A stretch of 63,445 bases of DNA, the filler included, from Octopus bimaculoides (lineage: Eukaryota), in the NCBI RefSeq assembly GCF_001194135.2. It is 5 parts of 5 records of this genome, joined end to end, with 100 filler letters (N's around TTAATTAATTAA, not from the genome) between each part and the next. Parts side by side here need not be neighbours in the genome. Positions count along the whole stretch, not along the records: positions 57,840 to 59,868 come from NW_026295429.1; positions 59,969 to 63,445 come from NC_068986.1; 3 more parts are not named here. One strand, given 5' to 3'. Below the pieces are notes generated by a model. That model did not search any database. It was not told where the DNA came from and saw only the letters and a program-made list of their open reading frames with translations. A program made the translations under genes and the position numbers. Of the stretch, positions 57,840-63,445 are shown in pieces (the first letter of the stretch is position 1; each line of letters starts with the position of its first letter).

Positions 57840-58213
57840 ATATATATATATATATAATAGACAAGAGTGTGAATTCTAGAATATCATTAAAGTGCCTGTT
57901 ATAGAAACACGAATGCATATATATATGTGTGTGTGTGTGTGTGTGTATTTATGTGTGTATACTTGTATACATACGTATATATACACACACGTATGCTTAT
58001 GCACGTGTTCATGTAATGCGTATATGTAGGTGCATGCGTGTGTCTATGTGTGTTGGTGGTGTGCATGTATGCGTCCAACCATGACCAAACACGCACACAC
58101 ATATATGCATATAACTATTAAAATTCTTCATTTAAATAATCTTATTCAACCAGTAAAGCTGCACACACGCATATATGTGCGTGTGTGTGTGTATATATAA
58201 ATACATGCATCTG

Positions 58214-58277
<64 letters not shown>

Positions 58278-59310
58278 CCCAAATACACGTGTGCATTATA
58301 TATGTATATAGTATATATAGGTACATATGTGTGAGTGTATATATATATATATATATATATATNNNNNNNNNNNNNNNNNNNNNNNNNNNNNNNNNNNNNN
58401 NNNNNNNNNNNNNNNNNNNNNNNNNNNNNNNNNNNNNNNNNNNNNNNNNNNNNNNNNNNNNNNNNNNNNNNNNNNNNNNNNNNNNNNNNNNNNNNNNNNN
58501 NNNNNNNNNNNNNNNNNNNNNNNNNNNNNNNNNNNNNNNNNNNNNNNNNNNNNNNNNNNNNNNNNNNNNNNNNNNNNNNNNNNNNNNNNNNNNNNNNNNN
58601 NNNNNNNNNNNNNNNNNNNNNNNNNNNNNNNNNNNNNNNNNNNNNNNNNNNNNNNNNNNNNNNNNNNNNNNNNNNNNNNNNNNNNNNNNNNNNNNNNNNN
58701 NNNNNNNNNNNNNNNNNNNNNNNNNNNNNNNNNNNNNNNNNNNNNNNNNNNNNNNNNNNNNNNNNNNNNNNNNNNNNNNNNNNNNNNNNNNNNNNNNNNN
58801 NNNNNNNNNNNNNNNNNNNNNNNNNNNNNNNNNNNNNNNNNNNNNNNNNNNNNNNNNNNNNNNNNNNNNNNNNNNNNNNNNNNNNNNNNNNNNNNNNNNN
58901 NNNNNNNNNNNNNNNNNNNNNNNNNNNNNNNNNNNNNNNNNNNNNNNNNNNNNNNNNNNNNNNNNNNNNNNNNNNNNNNNNNNNNNNNNNNNNNNNNNNN
59001 NNNNNNNNNNNNNNNNNNNNNNNNNNNNNNNNNNNNNNNNNNNNNNNNNNNNNNNNNNNNNNNNNNNNNNNNNNNNNNNNNNNNNNNNNNNNNNNNNNNN
59101 NNNNNNNNNNNNNNNNNNNNNNNNNNNNNNNNNNNNNNNNNNNNNNNNNNNNNNNNNNNNNNNNNNNNNNNNNNNNNNNNNNNNNNNNNNNNNNNATCAT
59201 CGCGACTAGCGCCTCTACACCACGTGACCACCACCACCTGAAACAGAGAGAGAGGCATCGCCAGAGCAAACACGGTAGCGGCGGCATTGCTAACAACAAC
59301 AACACCAACG

Positions 59311-59354
<44 letters not shown>

Positions 59355-59868
59355 CGTCATCGCCGCCGCTGCTGCTTTCTACAGGATCAACGAAGGAAAC
59401 CACCACCACCACCACCACCACAACAGCAACAACAATAAGAACCACCACTATAGTAGGAAGTAATACATGAACAACAACAACAGCAGCAACAACAGCAACA
59501 ACAACGACGACGACGACGACGACGTCAGATAAACAATAAGAACAACAGCAACAACACCACCACCAAGAGGTGGGGAACGCTTTCTGGAGTTTAAGCGATT
59601 TTCTTACAGCCATCGCTTCCATAATTATTAACAATAATTGTAATCACAATTATTTTCGGTATTTTCAAGAGTTTCTTTCCCTTTTATTTTTAGTATCAAT
59701 GTTTCGTTTGTTTTCAAACGTCCACAACAGGGGTTCGCCTCGCTGTGCTTCTAGTTGCCCACCATTGAATAATAGCAACGGTCATACATCCACACAATCG
59801 CACCGACACGCACACACGCACACACACTAGCACGCAGCACAGTCACGCACTAACGCATACATATACAC

Positions 59869-59968
59869 NNNNNNNNNNNNNNNNNNNNNNNNNNNNNNNN
59901 NNNNNNNNNNNNTTAATTAATTAANNNNNNNNNNNNNNNNNNNNNNNNNNNNNNNNNNNNNNNNNNNN
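59869..59968. other. Artificial 100-bp scaffold spacer
   Basis: 44 N + TTAATTAATTAA + N run. Confidence 0.95.
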
Positions 59969-60004
59969 TATATATATGAATATATGTGTATATATATATG
60001 ATTT

Positions 60005-61200
60005 GATTGATTTGATTTGGTCTAGTTTCAGCTCATGAGCTGTGGCCATGCTGGGGCACCACCATTCGGTGTTGCTACATAATCTTACTTCACGAATACT
60101 TTTTAGGAATTGACATTTGTTGCTTGAGGGAGTTTGATGCCGCTGGCCTCATCTGCACCTCCTGCCACAAAGTTGGCTCATCTGGGACATTTAATAGTAA
60201 GAGGTCCAGCTTTATTTCAAAGACACCTACGTCCACCACTTGCAGGTCTCTCAGGTCCTTCGGGAGGATATTGAAAATCTGTGGTCCTCTGAAGCCTAGG
60301 CTCTTGCAGTATCTTGTCCTATATCTTGATGCCAAATTTGGAGTCCTTGGCACTATGCAATGGCAACCAGTTCTAGTATTTGTGTAATTCTCGATGCCAA
60401 AGTTTGGGACAAGTCCCTCCAAGATCTTCCAGATGTATATTATGGCATATGTTTCTCGCCTACACTTTAAGGAATAGAGTCTTAATCTCTTGAGTCTTTC
60501 CCAGTAGCTTATATGCTGCATAGAGGCTATCTTCTTTGTGTAGCTTCGTTGGATTGCCTCAAGTTCTGAGATTAATTTGACACTGGTTGGTGACCATAGC
60601 TGAGAGCAATAGTCAAAGTAGCATAGGACAAGTGTCCTCCAGATGATCATCATGGTTTCCTGATCTCTTGTTCTAAAAGTTCTAAGAATCCATCCGGTTA
60701 GCTGCCTGCATTTCATTGCCAATTTAGCAACATGCACATGGAAGGATGCATCATTACTCATGTGAATGCCCAGTGCCCAGGTCTCGCACTGACTGTGCCT
60801 CTGGGATTACAATCCCTACAGGTCCAGTGTATTTAATGGGTATTGCATTTAGTTTTGCATGCTGAGAGCACTTATTCTTTTCAACCCACTTGTATACTTC
60901 ATCCAGCTCACTTTGCAGGTGCATAGTGTCTTCAGGGTTCTGTATTATCTGTGAGGCATTTGTATCATCTGCATAACTTGTGATCGTGGCTCTGTGTGTG
61001 GCTGAGGGCATGTCTGTGAGGGCCATTATGAACAGTAGTGGTCCCAAAACAGTGCCCTGCGGAAACTGCTCACTATTTGTGTGCCATTGGAGGTGGCGCC
61101 ATTGGCTACTACCACCTGGCTTCTATCCTTCAGAAAGTCATGAAACCATTCTCCCAATTTTCCAACTAAAGCATCCTCAAAGCCAGATCTTTTGAGATTA
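60005..61200 (-). mobile_element. CR1-clade LINE remnant with RT motifs and intact 3' tail
   Basis: PQGTVLGPLLFI, YADD, DYCSQLWSP, LEAIQRSYTKKI, YWERLKRLRLYSL; the 3' end ends in CAAAT-like repeats. Confidence 0.88.
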
Positions 61201-61439
61201 CTGCATAAAACTTGGCGAGTAATTCCTCAAGAGAATATTCATCATCTTATCAGTAGCATGCTTAATAGGGTCCTTGCAATGAAAAATGCAAAGGGCATAT
61301 CTACTAAATATTAGATATTTACATTACAATAATGAATAAATAATTTGAATGTATAATTTCAGATTTAAATAAATTTTAATGCTTATAAGGGTATCTATTT
61401 ATTTCTGTCATACCTGTGTAGGTATAACAGAAATTACTT

Positions 61440-61600
61440 TGTAGTAAACAAGGACAAAGGCTGTATTGGTATGGACATGTTATATGCATGGGTGATAAAG
61501 AATGAGTCACGATGTACCAGGAAATCCAAGTGAAAAGAAACAGTAGAAGTAGAAGACCAAAGATGACATGGGTAGGTTGGAGTAGTGAAAGCTAATAGCA
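61440..61600 (+). mobile_element. Decayed RTE-clade fragment
   Basis: RLYWYGHV...EIQVKRNSRSRRPKMTW. Confidence 0.55.
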
Positions 61601-62179
61601 GGATATTGAACCTCACAAAAAAAATTAACAAACCCACAACAAATAGTGGGACACTGTGTTGAAAAGGGTCCTTTCAGCCCATTAAAGTATGGAAAGACAG
61701 ACATAAAAATGAGGAGGAGAATGGTGAGGATGATCAAGAGAATTAAACAGATGATGCAAACCAGTCACTCAATGTACAAGAATTAACAGCCAAGTTCACT
61801 TGAATCACACTCTATATAGTCTTTAAAAGGGAGTGACACATAAAAATGTAGTTCTAGATATACAGAAATATGGGACAGTCAAGGCTGGAATGCATTTGAT
61901 TATAGGCCTGCTCAGTCAAGGCTGAACTGTGGCTAAACGATGACAACACTGTAGGTGTTTATTAATACATAAAAAGTCTGACTTAAAAGTTTTCAGAATT
62001 CTAATTTCACCAAGCTGATGAGACAGACCTAAGATGAAATCACAATCCTTCACTTCTGGTACCCACATCTCTTTCTAGGGGGTATCATTTCAAAATTACT
62101 TTCCAGAAGGTCGGTCCACTGGAGACCAACAATCTTTTGTTACCAGTAGGCTCTCACTTTAGAGAAATTTGGTGAACAC

Positions 62180-62520
62180 AATTTTGTTGCCTTTGTCTTC
62201 TATAAAGCTTTAGACAGTGTCTGGCATGCAAATCTCCTGTCTATGGGCGCCATCTATCTCTCATCTGGATTGGTAGATTACCATCAGATTGCATTATTGT
62301 GGCATTTTAACAGAGTTTCTCTCTGTCTTACATCCTACCCCCAATGGTGTGCCCCAAGGTTCAGTTTTGTCTCCCACTGTTTTCCTTCTATACATCAACA
62401 ATTTACTTGCCTTCACATTCATCAATGCACACCTCTGCACATATGATAGAACTCTTCTCAGAAGATTGAGAATAGAGGACACTGCTTGCATGATGGTGAC
62501 ATTCATTTACAACAATCACA
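62180..62520 (+). mobile_element. Decayed LINE reverse-transcriptase fragment (CR1/L2/Jockey-like)
   Basis: KALDSVWHANLL and GVPQGSVLSPTVFLLYIN motifs. Confidence 0.7.
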
Positions 62521-63401
62521 TGATGTGAAGGCAATGAGACAGTGACAGTGACACATACACAACATGCTTCTTTCAGTTTCTGTTTTCAAAGTCCACTTTT
62601 TTTTGTTCAGCCTAGTGTTACAGTATAAGACACTTACCTAAGGTACTACACAGTGAGACTGAACCCAAAACCATGTGGTTGGGAAGCAGACTTCTTATAT
62701 CACAGCCACATCTGTGCCTCTAAACCTAGAACCATGTGGCTGAGGAGCAAACTTCCTACCACACAACCAAATCTGCCCCTGTTGCTTTGTATGTGTGTGT
62801 CTGTGCGTGTGCGTATAACAACTTTTCAGCATAGCATGCACTTGTATGTGCATACATAACTATGTATCCTTTTATTCTCTTACTTGTTTCAGTCATTTGA
62901 CTGTGGCCATGCTAGAGCACCACCTGTACATAAATGCGTATGCAGGGAGAAGTGTATGTGCATATTCATATATGTGTGTGTATGTATATCTATGTATACA
63001 CACACACACACACAAGCACAAAAGAATTTTATAAATGCAGAGAGTAACAGTTTAATAAAAACAGGATATGAAATCCCAAAACCATGACAGGTAACCACTG
63101 AACTACAACAAAACCCACACAGCTTCAACAAATTGATTTGCAAAACACCTACACCAAATATATAACAGCCAAACTGAGGTGAGATAAAGAGGCTCTCAGA
63201 AACATTATCACTCATGACTAATAAAGCAGAACTAAAACAAAACAGGAAATATCTTCAGGAAACAAAGATACAGAGTAAATGAAGAAAAACAGGACATCTA
63301 AGTTAAACACCCACTGAAGTGAACTTCAAAATGTCAAAATGATACATTGGTAAGTGACAGCAAATTCAACAAATGAAAATATAGCAGAAACAATGTATTA
63401 G

Positions 63402-63445
<44 letters not shown>

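Noticed and set aside
59196-59640. Low-complexity ORFs (poly-Y/T/H/Q) as an exon of a third gene
   Set aside because: Dominated by trinucleotide repeats, with no domain or coherent splice chain, and bounded by gaps.

Overview
AT-rich animal genomic scaffold, dense in microsatellites, SINEs and N-gaps. The repeat landscape suggests an octopod cephalopod (Octopus sp.); this is inference, not a database result. Two multi-exon genes can be rebuilt from splice sites and reading phase. (1) A minus-strand NHA2/SLC9B-type Na+/H+ antiporter (5201-12937): 8 coding exons are visible and 2 more are predicted inside N-gaps. (2) The 3' 892 codons of a plus-strand large lipid-transfer protein (vitellogenin/apolipophorin-like, 31620-57025): 14 phase-compatible exons with an RKRR furin-type site and VWD + C8-like domains; its 5' end is missing beyond an unsized scaffold join. 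Also present are an intron-containing tRNA-Leu(CAA) with non-canonical positions, remnants of R4/Dong-like, Tx1/L1, CR1 and RTE LINEs, a Chapaev-like transposase remnant, and hAT, mariner and piggyBac-type non-autonomous elements. The most notable hidden signal is three unrelated repeat families carrying minimal type-I hammerhead ribozyme motifs of the Penelope-like-element type. These are two identical canonical-core copies plus a sister copy with the core precisely deleted, one decayed copy with a perfect 9-bp loop II/3'-tail pseudoknot, and a family with a shared non-canonical U6. Other leads are a SINE/CR1 shared 3' tail with a covarying hairpin and an ShK-like Cys motif in a possible unannotated exon chain. 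Almost all entries in the supplied ORF track are microsatellite or gap artefacts. No CRISPR or prokaryote-type system is present.
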